Source: Escherichia phage Ecwhy_1
Sequence record: MH791411.1
Length of the DNA stretch: 64,000 nucleotides
Strand: one strand, 5' to 3'
The notes under the pieces were generated by a model. That model was not told where the DNA came from. It ran no database searches and saw nothing but the letters and a program-made list of their open reading frames with translations. Positions 1 through 11,560 of this stretch are shown piece by piece. Every line of letters begins with the position of its first letter. The first letter of the stretch is position 1. The position numbers and the translations under genes were made by a program.

Positions 1-1473
1 AATGGAAATGAAGTTCTTGTTATGATTAACATCAAATATACTGCTGAAACCTGGGAATTTGATGCGAATGGCGTTGAATATGTGTTCGTTGGTGGTGATA
101 AAGTTCGTTTTTACTTCGTTTCTTCTAAAAAGATAACTGATATTAGTACTGGTAGTGTTCAAAGTGACAAAATTGAAATTTTATCATCAAATACCACAAG
201 CAATAGTAATGCTGGGTTGACAAGTAACATAGATTTCCAAATTTATGACACAATTCAACAAGAAAACGGGTATCTTGATGGTTCTCGTGTGGTTATCACC
301 TCTGAAAACGTTGATAGTAATGGAATCCCACTAGAACCTAATCAATTCAGAGAAATTGTACCAAATTGGACTGGTGAAGATTCAGTTAAATATGGTGGTA
401 TATTGGTTTTCCAAGAAAACGATGATTTCACTATATCAGTACTGTCATTACCGAATGATACTTTCACTATTCTTGATTCTTCATGGGCTTATACAATGGA
501 TCAAGCACTTGCAGAAACTAATGCGTATAAGAGAAGTGAATTTGTTCGCAACAATGCTATTCGATCAACAACATTGAGTGGTATCTATAGTAAAGGTTCA
601 GGCTTTATAGTTGGCTTTAACTATGATGGTAAATATTACTTCATTGAACAAACTGTTGGTAATAATAATGACCGTTTAAACCAATTAATTGAGAACTTGA
701 CCTATTCTGATGATACAACTGCTGCAACTCCTGAACTTGCGTTTTATCGTGCTATTGTTAATATCGGTACTAATGCTGATGTTAACCAAAAGTTAGATTA
801 TTATGGTTATAAAGATGTAACTTCACAATATACCGTAAAAACGAATGCAAGAACTGGTATTGATTTCCACTGGAAACATTATGCACCAGATGATAATCGC
901 ATTGACCCAAGTAGAACAAACTTGATTGACATGTATGTATTAACCAATTCATACAAAACTGAAGTTGATGTATGGTTGAAGAATGGAACACAAGGTAATA
1001 TGCCTAAACCGCCAACATCTGTTGAATTGAAAGACATTTTTAAAGAAGTTGAACAAAAAATAGTCATCAGTGACAGTATTATTTGGCATAGTGCAGAATA
1101 TCTACCATTATTTGGTGCGAGTGCTGCTGAAGATTATAAAGCAGATTTTAAAGTCGTCAAATTGCCTAACAGTACAATGAGTGATGATGAAATTCGTCAA
1201 AATGTCGTAGCACTAACTAACGAGTATTTTAATGTTGACAACTGGGATTTTGGTGAAAGTTTCTATTACACAGACTTGTGTACATACATTCATTCCCAAT
1301 TAGGACGACATATTAGTACTATTGTTATCGTAGCTCAAAACCCTAACTCTAAATTTGGCTCACTATTTGAAATCCCTTCACGTTCTGACCAGATTTTCTT
1401 AAGTACTGCATCAGTTGATAACGTACAGATAGTCAATTCCTTGGCTAAGAGTAACATTAACATTGGTTCATAA
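1..1473 (+). CDS. Virion structural protein, 5'-truncated at window edge; probable baseplate wedge subunit (T4 gp6-like position)
   Basis: Frame is open from nt 1 (NGNEVLV precedes the first Met at 22), so the gene starts upstream of the window. Beta-rich Asn/Thr/Ser composition typical of virion proteins. Sits directly 5' of the giant ORF and is followed by a hairpin+T-run. Function is positional inference only. Confidence 0.55.
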   Translation, partial: NGNEVLVMINIKYTAETWEFDANGVEYVFVGGDKVRFYFVSSKKITDISTGSVQSDKIEILSSNTTSNSNAGLTSNIDFQIYDTIQQENGYLDGSRVVITSENVDSNGIPLEPNQFREIVPNWTGEDSVKYGGILVFQENDDFTISVLSLPNDTFTILDSSWAYTMDQALAETNAYKRSEFVRNNAIRSTTLSGIYSKGSGFIVGFNYDGKYYFIEQTVGNNNDRLNQLIENLTYSDDTTAATPELAFYRAIVNIGTNADVNQKLDYYGYKDVTSQYTVKTNARTGIDFHWKHYAPDDNRIDPSRTNLIDMYVLTNSYKTEVDVWLKNGTQGNMPKPPTSVELKDIFKEVEQKIVISDSIIWHSAEYLPLFGASAAEDYKADFKVVKLPNSTMSDDEIRQNVVALTNEYFNVDNWDFGESFYYTDLCTYIHSQLGRHISTIVIVAQNPNSKFGSLFEIPSRSDQIFLSTASVDNVQIVNSLAKSNINIGS

Positions 1474-1480
1474 CACATTA

Positions 1481-1506
1481 AGGCGTTCTTCGGAACGTCT
1501 TTTTTA
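1481..1506 (+). terminator. Rho-independent terminator after the baseplate-like gene
   Basis: aggcgttc-ttcg-gaacgtct (8-bp stem with one G.U pair) followed by TTTTT. Confidence 0.6.
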
Positions 1507-1511
1507 TATCA

Positions 1512-1517
1512 TAAATA
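1512..1517 (+). promoter_or_regulatory. TAAATA late-promoter-like motif upstream of giant ORF
   Basis: cataaaTAAATAaatc lies 36 nt upstream of ATG 1554. Resembles the T4 late promoter TATAAATA. Confidence 0.4.
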
Positions 1518-1523
1518 AATCAA

Positions 1524-4500
1524 ATGAATGAACGAATTATATGGAGTCCAAAAATGACTAATAATTTTAAGTTTCAACCTACACAGATGGCTGAAGCAGT
1601 ACAGAAGAAGCTTTTCATAAAAAGATTGCCTGAGTGGATGCAAGGCTTAGAAGATATTCAGAAAGTCAGTGATGATGTTATCCAACAATGGTTTAATCCG
1701 GCTGAAAACGAATTAGTTGACGGCTACATTGGTGACATGGGTTCTCCGGCAGCAGCAGGGAACATCTTCTTACACGAGTCAACAGTCGCACGTCAACTAT
1801 ATCAGTTGTCCACTGCGTATGTCTCAAGAAATGATGACTCCAGCATTCGTTCAATTCAATTTTATGATGATCTAGTTGGCTATATGAATCATTACGGTGC
1901 ACTAACCGAAAATGAAAGCCGTTTGTTTAATGGTAAGTTCTATTCATGGACCCCACCAATTAACCCAAATAAAATGAACAACTACAGTTCATACCTATGG
2001 GATTCCAAGAATAGCTATAATATCACAACTCCAGATTATATTGTAATGGAACGTGGTGCAGAAAATGGTAACACTTGGTCACTACAAAACTTCTGGTACA
2101 CATTAGGTGAAACTTTAGAAGATGGTACTATCCTAACTGAAGAACTAATGCAAGATTCCCGTTTTGTTCGTGCTCGTGCACCAATTATCGAATACAATAA
2201 AAATATCGAACTAATGAACTACGGTACTAAATTCCGTGGGACAGTTGATTTGTTCTCTGATATTATTAAACCTGAAGATATCGTACAAAAAGATATTAAC
2301 AGCGGTATACGTATTGATGGTATTATTCCACAAGATGGTATGCGTATTCTTTTCACCAGTATTGGTAACAATGGTGAAAACAACCGAATTTATAAAGTAT
2401 ATGTTAAACGTATGCAAGATGGAACACGTGTGTATGGTCTAGCATTAGATCCAGACGAAGAATCTGAAAGCCGTCCGAGTGGTGAACCACAAGATGGTGA
2501 CGTAGTTCTTATTATCAAAGGTAATGAATTTGGTAACAGTTCCATGTATTGGGACGGTTCTCATTGGATTCAAGCACAGTCTAAAACTTCTGTGAACGTA
2601 TTTCCACAATTCCAATTGTATGACCGTAATGGTGTTAAACTAAACAACACTACTACCTATCCATCAAGTACTTTTACTGGTTCTTCACTATTTGGTTTTA
2701 AAATTAACTATAATTATGCAACTGATAGCGTTTATGGTTATAATATTGAACTAGGTGATTACAATTATTACACATATGAGAATTTCCTACAATCAACTCG
2801 TTATACTTACGAGCATTTGGGTGTGGAAGTTGAAATTGATGGACTATATTACTATAACGTAATTGGTGAAGGTAATACAATGAACCTAGAAACTGATTGG
2901 GTTCGTAGTACTGAATACTCCAAACAATATGTTAAACAAACTCCACAGGTTGAACGTACAGTAATGTTCCGCGTGTTCAGTACTGTTTATGACATGGAAA
3001 GTTTCAAAGACCCAGTTGAAGGAATGTATGCTTATGTAATTGAAGTTGACAGAACTTATCAATATTACAAAGCAGAACGTGAAACATATCTTGATTGGCA
3101 TGTTATCGTTGGTGATGGGGTACAAAGCGTTAAGTACAATCATACATTTGAATTGGCACAAAAAGTACTAGATAATTCTGATGATATTATCGAACTAGTT
3201 GTTGATGGTGTGGAAATAAAAGAATACACCAAAACTGTAGTTAATAATCAAGTACAAAGTATTACAATTGATAGCTCTGTTGATTTGGATGAAGATTCTG
3301 TTGTACAAATCAGAACTTATAGTAGCACTATCACTCCTAATAAAGAGTTGGGTGCATATGAAGTTCCAATTAACCTACAAAATAACCCATATAATTCAAA
3401 CATTGAATACATCAACCAAGGTGATTACACCCTGCACTTCCAAGATATTATTCAAAAGAATATTACATCTGGTTCTGCTGATGACTTTAACAATTACGAA
3501 GAACGTTTGGCTGCTGGTTTGGTTAATAATGGTGTAGGCACTAAAATTATTCAAAACGAAGCGTCCATGTTACCACTAATGGCACATACCGCTAATGAAG
3601 ATATTGATTTGTTTGAATCAATCATGTTTATGCAAGCAGAATACTTCCGCTTCATTAACAAGTTCAACACTCAAATGCTTCGTTTGTATGAAGAAGACCC
3701 AAGTGCTTTTCTTGGTAATAGTGCATCAAACATCGTAGATGCGATTCTAACAGCTATTAATATGGGACGTGATAGTACATTCCCATTCTACTATGACAAC
3801 GTTGCAAGCACTGCTGGGTTTATTCGTGCATTTGTCCCACCAACTCCACAGTTCTTGGGTATTTTGCAAGCTTATACACCACAAAAAGCAACATTCTTAA
3901 CTGCTGGTAGTAAATCTAGCTGTTATAATATCAGTCATACTGGTATTATTTCAAAAGCATACCGTGTTATCAATGGTGTTGATAAAATGGATGACGTAGT
4001 TTTTGAATTGGAAAATCGTATCTTTAATAGTATTGATCTTACTTTCAAGGATATTGATTATAAACCAGTACTAAACAGTGAAGACCTATTCCCAACTCCA
4101 TATTTCACTGGTACTGATTATAGTGCAGAAGAAAAGAAAACTCTATTACTACGTGGTTACATTAACTTCACAGCAACCAATGGCATTAGTAACAGTACTC
4201 ATGATTATGATGCAAATAACTGGAGAACTTGGAACTATACTGGTAGTTATTATGTTGTTGATGGTCAACGTACTGAAATTCCTGCTCGTGGTTCATGGCG
4301 TGCAATCTATACTGACCAATATGGCACATATCGTCCAGCAACCCATCCGTGGGAAATGATGGGCTTCTCTCAACGTCCTACTTGGTGGAACCAAGAATAC
4401 GAACCAACCGCAGTTCAAGTTGGTGAACGTGAGGGTGATGTTGTTTATGTGTATGAAGCACTAGTAATGAATGAAAATGGTGATTTGGTCCCAAGTGGAT

Positions 4501-7500
4501 TGTGGGATATTGATGGTACTATCGGTGATAGCAGTACTGGTACTATTTTGTCAGGTGAACGCCGTGGTCAATATGACAAATACAAGCGTTTCGGTGTACA
4601 GCCATTTAAAATCACTAAGACTGGCGAGAAAACCAGTACTGGTATTGATATTTGTGAAGTTGAGTATATTGCACCTGAAGTTTTAGGTCTTGTTAGTGGT
4701 AATTTAGATCATCGTGCAGAACCGTGGTCTTATGGTGACATGGGTGACATGGAATTCACTTACATGAACACTGCGATGTTTGCTTATGACCAAATGCTTC
4801 TTCTATACAAAGCAAAACCAGCACAGTTTGCAAACTATTACTGGGATACCCGTAATGATAACCTTAAACCAGTTTATACTGATGGTTCACAGTTCCTTTA
4901 TGGTGAAACTCGTAAGCGTCTAAACTTTGACAGTACTACATTAGTACATGGTGAGAAAAACACCCGTACTATCGGTTATCAAATGTTTGTTAGTGACTAT
5001 TTGATGTATCAGAATAAGAACATTACCACCAAATACGGTGACGTTGTTCGTTCTTCTTATGTCAATGTCGCTCACAAAATTGGTGGCTTTACTAAAGCAG
5101 ACCAATTGACATTCACTGCTAAATCTTTCGGTTTGATTTCACAAGAAAACCAAACTATCGGTCTAGTTCGTTCCAATAACATTCGCGATGAGCAAATGAG
5201 TGCAGTAAAAATTACTTGGAATGGTAGTGCATATCAAATTGATGGTTATGATTTAGTTGGTGCTAAATTTAAATATAAAATTCCAGTTAAAAATGGAAGA
5301 AAAGTAACTCTTAAATTGGAAGACAGAACTGTTGTTCATTACAATGAATGGAAATCTGAAGGTACATTAGAATATGGTAAAATATTCAATACATACCAAG
5401 AAGTTTATACTTTCATTTGTGGATATGGTGAATATCTAAAAGAACATGGCTGGATTTTTGAAGATGTAAATGATAGTGGTACTCAACAAGACTGGACAAC
5501 TATTGCTAAAGACTTTGTTATTTGGAGTCAGAATAATTTAAGTACTGGTGAGTTCATCTCCTGCACTCCAAGTGCAGCTAATGCTAAATTTGGTGCGGAT
5601 TTTGGTTCAGTTCAATCTGTTACACAGAATAGTGGTGGTGTTTGGTCACTACTCGATGATGAAAACCAAGGTATCCGTCAATATGAAATCGAAACTTCGC
5701 GTATCGGTAACGTATTCACAGTGAGAACTACATCTGAATCACAAAAACGTATGGCGTTGATTCGTTTGAGCCTAAGTTCATATGAACACGCAGTTGTTTT
5801 TGATGATAAAACTATCTTTGGTGATTACATTTACCAACCAACTTATGGTGCTATTCAAGAATTGATTAAAATGTATGGTTACATTACTGGGTCATGGACT
5901 GGTCGCCTACAAGCACCTGGTTTCATTATCCTAGAAGCAGGAACTTTACCATCATTTGAAAAATTAGTAACTGATTTTGAATTATATTATAATAGTGAAA
6001 CTCCTGTGAGTGATGTTCAGCTTCAAGAGTTATCAAATCACTTGATTGGCTATCAAACTCGTGATTATCTACAACGTATGATTAGTAGTGATGTTAGTCG
6101 TGTTGATTTCTATAAAGGATTCATTCATGACAAAGGTACTAACCAAGTAATGGAAAAAGTACTACGCGTTTCTAAATCTTACGACACTGATGAATATAAA
6201 GCACTTCAGGAATGGGCATTTAAGATTGGTACTTATGGTAATATCAATGGTAAGAAAAATCTACAATTTAAACTAATCAATGACCAATTTAAACAACAAC
6301 CACAGATGGTTTCGTTTGATGTTAATGCTACATCAAATGGTACTGGTAATGGTATTGTTTATTACGGTGAACAAGGGGTTGACTCACGCTGGATTACTCG
6401 TCCAAATGGTAAGTTTTCATTCCCAATGCGTAGTGGAAGAAGTGAGAATATCCAACTTCCAGACATTGGTCCTGTAACACTAGATGAAATTTCATACGTT
6501 ACTAAAGATTTCAGTACTGCATATAATGATCGTATCAATTATATGAATAACAGTGGTGAAATCCCAGATTCTGTATGGATGTTTAAAGATGGTAATGATT
6601 TGTGGAATATTTTCGAACTAGTAGACACTGAAGTTGAGATGCTCTCTATCGTTCCAATTGAAAATACCGATGTATATGCAGAACAATTCTGTAAAGTAAC
6701 TCTAAGTGATGATATCCCACTAAATGATGGTGATTATTATTACTTTGTTGATGAAACTAACTTTATGCCAGATACATTGACTATAGAAAGTCAATATTAT
6801 ACTGCGGGTAATGACCCTAGAGTTATGGTAGTTCCGTTTGACACTTCAATCACTATTGACTTCACTGATCCTGATACTCGCCCACGCTTGTATCGTTATG
6901 TTTCACGATTCAGTACTGAAGAGATGCGTCAGGAATACATTGACAGAAAATATAGTTTTAAAGCTCCACAAAGTACTTTGTTTGACCGCCCAACCACATA
7001 TGATGAGCGTACTAACATTACTGCGTTGTACCTAAACGTGTTTGACCCAATCAACGGTGTTATTCCTGGTGCAGCGATGCAGAACGTTACCTACACATCT
7101 CCAGTTGACCCAGCACAATACAACAGCAATGGTGAATTGATTCAAGCATGGGGTGCTGATAAAGTTGGTCAGGTTTGGTGGAACACCAGCACTGCTTTCT
7201 ACTTAGATTACACTCGTGCAATCTATGATGCTGATGGTAATGTGGATGTTGATGCAACAAATGAATATAAACGTTATAACTGGGGCAGATTGCTACCGCA
7301 CAGTACTGTTGATGTTCTTGAATGGGTATGTTCACCAGTTGAACCATATAACTGGGACAAATACTGCAAAGACGTTGCTAACAAAAATAAAAACAACACT
7401 ATGTACCTACCAAGCGGAACCGCATTGGAAGATAATTATAGTACGTTCTTAGAATATGATAGCACAACTGATACTTATGTTACAAAATACTATTTCTGGG

Positions 7501-10500
7501 TTCGTGATACAATCTATGTACCACCATTGCATTCCAGAACTAAATCTTGTACTGATATTGCTCGTATTATTAAAGAACCAGCACAGCTTAACATTCCTTG
7601 GTTTGCACCAATCAATGAAAGCTCGTTCATTCTAAGTAATATGCAATTTGAAGTCAACGATGACACAAGTATTTTAACTGTTTCTTATTACATGGATAAT
7701 ACTGAAGTTATTAAACATGACCAGTATCAATTATGTAAAGAAGGTGATAGCTATAACTTCAATCCATCAATCTGGACTTCTATGTGGAATTCTATGATTG
7801 GTCAAGAAACTACTGAATCAGGAACTGTTATTGATTTACTATATCCTTTAGTACCAAACGGTTTAGGTTCTAATAAGACTTGGTTCCAAGATGTAATTGA
7901 AGCTCGTAGAAACTTTGTAGAAAGTGCAAATAACTATTATCGCTCACAGAATATAACAACTAACACTGTTCTAATGGACGAAGTGTTTAATGTTAAAACT
8001 ACTGAAGTTAACCCGAATGAAGTATCATATCGTGTACTAACTTACAATAGTGAATTAGTCATTGCACCTGAAAGTGACAAGTTCAAAGAAAACGACGCAG
8101 TACTAGTAAGTACTAGTGGTGTATTACCTAACCCACTATCAACTAGCTCTGTATATTTTGTGCATATTGATGCTAATGGTTATATTCATCTAATGAATAG
8201 TCCATCAAGTGCTGGTAGTGTGGTTACCATTACATTGGAAAACCGTGGTGAAGGTCAACAGAAAATGATTAAACAATCAGACTATGTTGAAGCACTAGGA
8301 ACTTCATTGGACATGACCCAGTACTGGTCACTAGCAGATTGGTATGATATTGGCTACGATAAAAATACTGCATATACACAAGAATCCAGCCTAGAAGATG
8401 CAAACACTAAGAACTATCAAGTTGGTGACATTATCAGAATTACAGATGTTGATGGCATCTGGACATTGTACATTAAAGCACAATCACGTGATTCAGTTTA
8501 CTGGAAAGCAATTGGTCGTGAAAATAGTACAGTTGAATTGAATGATATGTTATACGCTGACTATACAGTTCGTGATGCTAATGGTTCGTTGAGTAATCGT
8601 GAGATTAACGTTCGTAAAGCACTAGCTTTATTGAAGAACTCATTCGACTTACATCAGAGTGAAATTGTGTTTGATATGGTTAAGTATGTTCACGTAGAAC
8701 AAAGCGTTGTTGATTGGGTATTCAAAACATCTTACATTTATATTGTAGGTTTAGAACAATCATTAGTACAGAACTATTCCAACGACAACTTGATTAATCA
8801 AATCGTTGAGTACTTTGAAGAAGTTAAACCATATAGAACTAAGATTCGTTCCCAGATTGAACAGAAAACTTCAGATGATGATTTAATTAAAGGTTTGTGT
8901 AATGATTTAGATCCTAATGGCTATATATTTGCAGATGGGACTTGGGTTAAAACGGAAAAAGACATTTGGGATTATGAATATGCTCAATTCAATGAGGTAA
9001 CTCAACGTTGGGAGCAAGTTGGTGAATTGCCAAGTGATTTCGTAACACCTAATCGCCGTTTCCAAGAAATTGATGTTATCATGCACTACGACAACACTCA
9101 ATGTAAACCAAATGATAATTTGGCAAGTGTTGATGTATTGGAAGAAGTGAATAAGAAATATCAATCTAATGCACAAGATGTTGTTAGTAATTTTGAATTA
9201 CAACGTTACAAATATACATTCCCAGAATACAGTGATGAAGATTTCGACCTATTGGTTGCTTATCAGATGCAATTGTATTACCCAGAATTGAACGTAACTC
9301 TAGGGATTGCTTACGGTGTTAACCAATGGTATGCAGACCATGCAGATGATTTGGTAGCAACCGCAGAATTCACAGAAACGTTGAATCGTGTATATAAAGA
9401 ATCAACACAAAATGAAATGTTTAATGACGTAAATCATTATGTTCAGTATAACACACTCTCTAACCGTTTGAAATTGTACACAGGTGCAGATGATGAAGTA
9501 ATTCATGATGAGGTTGGATGTGGATTTAGTGGGTTAACCTATGATGATAATCCAAGCACCAGACTACCGTTTGGTTATGCATCCAGTACTGATTATAACT
9601 TTGGTTACTTTGAAGTTAGTAGTGAGTTGTATAAAAAGTATGTTTCTTTAATTAAAGAAAACAATACTACTGCAACTGATGATGAAGTTAGAATTATACT
9701 TGAAGTTGAATATGGTGTTTATTCATATCGCCATGTAGATGAAGATGGAAATCAACGATTCTACAATGACGCAATTCATGTATTGTCTGGTATGCGTGGT
9801 TTGTATGACAAAGATGCTACCGACCATTATGAAAAGGCTGAAGAAATACTAAGTAGAATGCCTATTGATATTCATGCATTTACTATGATGCCACGAAAAT
9901 ATGTTTATGTTAATGTTAATGGTGTATACGAGAGTATCCCAGATGACCAAAGCATTGATGATTTCATGGAAGACAAATTCATAACTGACGGTCAACTAGT
10001 TCAATTGGCAGAAATAAATCTTGATGACTTACCTCTTGATAGAAATAACCCAATGTACAGTGATTATCAGCACATCCTAGATAGCATCACCGATGCTAAG
10101 TACTACGATGATATGAATGCATTTGATAACCTAGCACTTGAATCACAAACTTCCGAGTTAAAATGGGAAGTTGAAGGTGACGAAGTAGATCCGTACATAA
10201 TCGACATTTCTGATATTAACCCATCAGGAAGAAAGATTGGTCAGATTCGCTTCACAGTTGATGGTTATGGATTCAATAGTGTTTCACTAGTTCAATTGAG
10301 AGACAATAGTAGATATAAAACTGAAGGTATGGTTATCATCAACCCTTATAAAACAACAGAAGCAATTGTTAGTATTCCTTCTTACGCTAAGATTGAAAAT
10401 GATATTAGTAAATCATACAGTAAGTATGATGAAAAATACTTCTATAAAATTAAATCAATTGTTAGTGATACAGAAGCTGAAGTAATTGACAATACCCTAT

Positions 10501-11525
10501 CTGATGGTGATAAGGTTATGATATTCACAACTGATGGTGAAGATTATGTGAGATACCAAAACAATGCATGGGAAACCATCTTGAGTGTATCAAAAATCAA
10601 AACTGACACCACACCAACCTTGTACACAGTAAGAAACACTGCGAACGGAACTGTAGAACTACTAGATAGTACTGGAGTTGTACTTCGTTATGATAACATC
10701 ACTAAACAACAACAGAATGAACCAGCAATACCTCTAGCATTGAACATCGTTCGTATTAGAACCTTTGCTGATCCAGAATTCTTGGTTGATGGTGTTAAGT
10801 TGTATGAAACAAATAGAAACTATGCTATCGACGCAATGAACTATGAAGTATTCTACGACACAACACTATACGGTGGTTCTTATAATGATGGAATTACACC
10901 AGATGACGTTGATGTTTGGGTAGTGTCTAACGAGATATTTGAAGTTGATGGTGTTACCATTGATAACGGATATAACTTACCAATTACTGGTGCAGGTGTT
11001 CTTAGTGAGTTAGTGAGAACCAAAATGACTGATAGTGTGGAAATTAACGTGTTCGAGTATGATGTTGGTATTATTCAACCAGTACTGAATACTGAAGGGG
11101 TATGGGAATATGCATATCCACTAGTTAGTGATACATATATTGGTGTAGTTGGTGGAACCGTAACTAACATTACTGCTATCAGTGAAGAAAATACTACTTA
11201 TGTTTCACAACCAGATTCAGTTAGTCCATATAGTGTTACTAATAATGTTCTATCTGGTGCTGGTGCAAGTATGAATGATATTATTTCTCTTGGTTTTGAA
11301 AAAGTTGAAGTACGTTTTGCAAATAACTTACTCCGTGGGGTAATGTATAGTGCAGAACACGACTTTAAAGAGAATGTGACATATTCATTTAATGGCTTGA
11401 ACTTAGGTAAAGTTAATTTACTAAAACGTTATAGTGTTAACAGTTATCCAATCGAACTATCTGTTTACTCCGATAGTTTGCAAATAAGTGGTACTGACAT
11501 TAAAAATCTATTAGAAGTTAAATAA
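1524..11525 (+). CDS. Giant virion protein (3,333 aa; 3,323 aa if started at ATG 1554), putative expanded baseplate/fibre-network protein in the T4 gp7 position
   Basis: Single uninterrupted 10-kb ORF. ATG 1554 has GGAG 7 nt upstream (tatatGGAGtccaaaaATG); ATG 1524 has no SD. Ends at a bidirectional terminator. No catalytic motif recognised by eye. Confidence 0.85.
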   Translation: MNERIIWSPKMTNNFKFQPTQMAEAVQKKLFIKRLPEWMQGLEDIQKVSDDVIQQWFNPAENELVDGYIGDMGSPAAAGNIFLHESTVARQLYQLSTAYVSRNDDSSIRSIQFYDDLVGYMNHYGALTENESRLFNGKFYSWTPPINPNKMNNYSSYLWDSKNSYNITTPDYIVMERGAENGNTWSLQNFWYTLGETLEDGTILTEELMQDSRFVRARAPIIEYNKNIELMNYGTKFRGTVDLFSDIIKPEDIVQKDINSGIRIDGIIPQDGMRILFTSIGNNGENNRIYKVYVKRMQDGTRVYGLALDPDEESESRPSGEPQDGDVVLIIKGNEFGNSSMYWDGSHWIQAQSKTSVNVFPQFQLYDRNGVKLNNTTTYPSSTFTGSSLFGFKINYNYATDSVYGYNIELGDYNYYTYENFLQSTRYTYEHLGVEVEIDGLYYYNVIGEGNTMNLETDWVRSTEYSKQYVKQTPQVERTVMFRVFSTVYDMESFKDPVEGMYAYVIEVDRTYQYYKAERETYLDWHVIVGDGVQSVKYNHTFELAQKVLDNSDDIIELVVDGVEIKEYTKTVVNNQVQSITIDSSVDLDEDSVVQIRTYSSTITPNKELGAYEVPINLQNNPYNSNIEYINQGDYTLHFQDIIQKNITSGSADDFNNYEERLAAGLVNNGVGTKIIQNEASMLPLMAHTANEDIDLFESIMFMQAEYFRFINKFNTQMLRLYEEDPSAFLGNSASNIVDAILTAINMGRDSTFPFYYDNVASTAGFIRAFVPPTPQFLGILQAYTPQKATFLTAGSKSSCYNISHTGIISKAYRVINGVDKMDDVVFELENRIFNSIDLTFKDIDYKPVLNSEDLFPTPYFTGTDYSAEEKKTLLLRGYINFTATNGISNSTHDYDANNWRTWNYTGSYYVVDGQRTEIPARGSWRAIYTDQYGTYRPATHPWEMMGFSQRPTWWNQEYEPTAVQVGEREGDVVYVYEALVMNENGDLVPSGLWDIDGTIGDSSTGTILSGERRGQYDKYKRFGVQPFKITKTGEKTSTGIDICEVEYIAPEVLGLVSGNLDHRAEPWSYGDMGDMEFTYMNTAMFAYDQMLLLYKAKPAQFANYYWDTRNDNLKPVYTDGSQFLYGETRKRLNFDSTTLVHGEKNTRTIGYQMFVSDYLMYQNKNITTKYGDVVRSSYVNVAHKIGGFTKADQLTFTAKSFGLISQENQTIGLVRSNNIRDEQMSAVKITWNGSAYQIDGYDLVGAKFKYKIPVKNGRKVTLKLEDRTVVHYNEWKSEGTLEYGKIFNTYQEVYTFICGYGEYLKEHGWIFEDVNDSGTQQDWTTIAKDFVIWSQNNLSTGEFISCTPSAANAKFGADFGSVQSVTQNSGGVWSLLDDENQGIRQYEIETSRIGNVFTVRTTSESQKRMALIRLSLSSYEHAVVFDDKTIFGDYIYQPTYGAIQELIKMYGYITGSWTGRLQAPGFIILEAGTLPSFEKLVTDFELYYNSETPVSDVQLQELSNHLIGYQTRDYLQRMISSDVSRVDFYKGFIHDKGTNQVMEKVLRVSKSYDTDEYKALQEWAFKIGTYGNINGKKNLQFKLINDQFKQQPQMVSFDVNATSNGTGNGIVYYGEQGVDSRWITRPNGKFSFPMRSGRSENIQLPDIGPVTLDEISYVTKDFSTAYNDRINYMNNSGEIPDSVWMFKDGNDLWNIFELVDTEVEMLSIVPIENTDVYAEQFCKVTLSDDIPLNDGDYYYFVDETNFMPDTLTIESQYYTAGNDPRVMVVPFDTSITIDFTDPDTRPRLYRYVSRFSTEEMRQEYIDRKYSFKAPQSTLFDRPTTYDERTNITALYLNVFDPINGVIPGAAMQNVTYTSPVDPAQYNSNGELIQAWGADKVGQVWWNTSTAFYLDYTRAIYDADGNVDVDATNEYKRYNWGRLLPHSTVDVLEWVCSPVEPYNWDKYCKDVANKNKNNTMYLPSGTALEDNYSTFLEYDSTTDTYVTKYYFWVRDTIYVPPLHSRTKSCTDIARIIKEPAQLNIPWFAPINESSFILSNMQFEVNDDTSILTVSYYMDNTEVIKHDQYQLCKEGDSYNFNPSIWTSMWNSMIGQETTESGTVIDLLYPLVPNGLGSNKTWFQDVIEARRNFVESANNYYRSQNITTNTVLMDEVFNVKTTEVNPNEVSYRVLTYNSELVIAPESDKFKENDAVLVSTSGVLPNPLSTSSVYFVHIDANGYIHLMNSPSSAGSVVTITLENRGEGQQKMIKQSDYVEALGTSLDMTQYWSLADWYDIGYDKNTAYTQESSLEDANTKNYQVGDIIRITDVDGIWTLYIKAQSRDSVYWKAIGRENSTVELNDMLYADYTVRDANGSLSNREINVRKALALLKNSFDLHQSEIVFDMVKYVHVEQSVVDWVFKTSYIYIVGLEQSLVQNYSNDNLINQIVEYFEEVKPYRTKIRSQIEQKTSDDDLIKGLCNDLDPNGYIFADGTWVKTEKDIWDYEYAQFNEVTQRWEQVGELPSDFVTPNRRFQEIDVIMHYDNTQCKPNDNLASVDVLEEVNKKYQSNAQDVVSNFELQRYKYTFPEYSDEDFDLLVAYQMQLYYPELNVTLGIAYGVNQWYADHADDLVATAEFTETLNRVYKESTQNEMFNDVNHYVQYNTLSNRLKLYTGADDEVIHDEVGCGFSGLTYDDNPSTRLPFGYASSTDYNFGYFEVSSELYKKYVSLIKENNTTATDDEVRIILEVEYGVYSYRHVDEDGNQRFYNDAIHVLSGMRGLYDKDATDHYEKAEEILSRMPIDIHAFTMMPRKYVYVNVNGVYESIPDDQSIDDFMEDKFITDGQLVQLAEINLDDLPLDRNNPMYSDYQHILDSITDAKYYDDMNAFDNLALESQTSELKWEVEGDEVDPYIIDISDINPSGRKIGQIRFTVDGYGFNSVSLVQLRDNSRYKTEGMVIINPYKTTEAIVSIPSYAKIENDISKSYSKYDEKYFYKIKSIVSDTEAEVIDNTLSDGDKVMIFTTDGEDYVRYQNNAWETILSVSKIKTDTTPTLYTVRNTANGTVELLDSTGVVLRYDNITKQQQNEPAIPLALNIVRIRTFADPEFLVDGVKLYETNRNYAIDAMNYEVFYDTTLYGGSYNDGITPDDVDVWVVSNEIFEVDGVTIDNGYNLPITGAGVLSELVRTKMTDSVEINVFEYDVGIIQPVLNTEGVWEYAYPLVSDTYIGVVGGTVTNITAISEENTTYVSQPDSVSPYSVTNNVLSGAGASMNDIISLGFEKVEVRFANNLLRGVMYSAEHDFKENVTYSFNGLNLGKVNLLKRYSVNSYPIELSVYSDSLQISGTDIKNLLEVK

Positions 11526-11526
11526 C

Positions 11527-11560
11527 AAAAAGGAGAGCAAATGCTCTCCTTTTCTTTTTT
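11527..11560. terminator. Bidirectional terminator between convergent giant ORF and clpA-like gene
   Basis: aaaa-aggagagc-aaat-gctctcct-tttctttttt: perfect 8-bp GC-rich stem flanked by an A-run and a T-run. Confidence 0.8.
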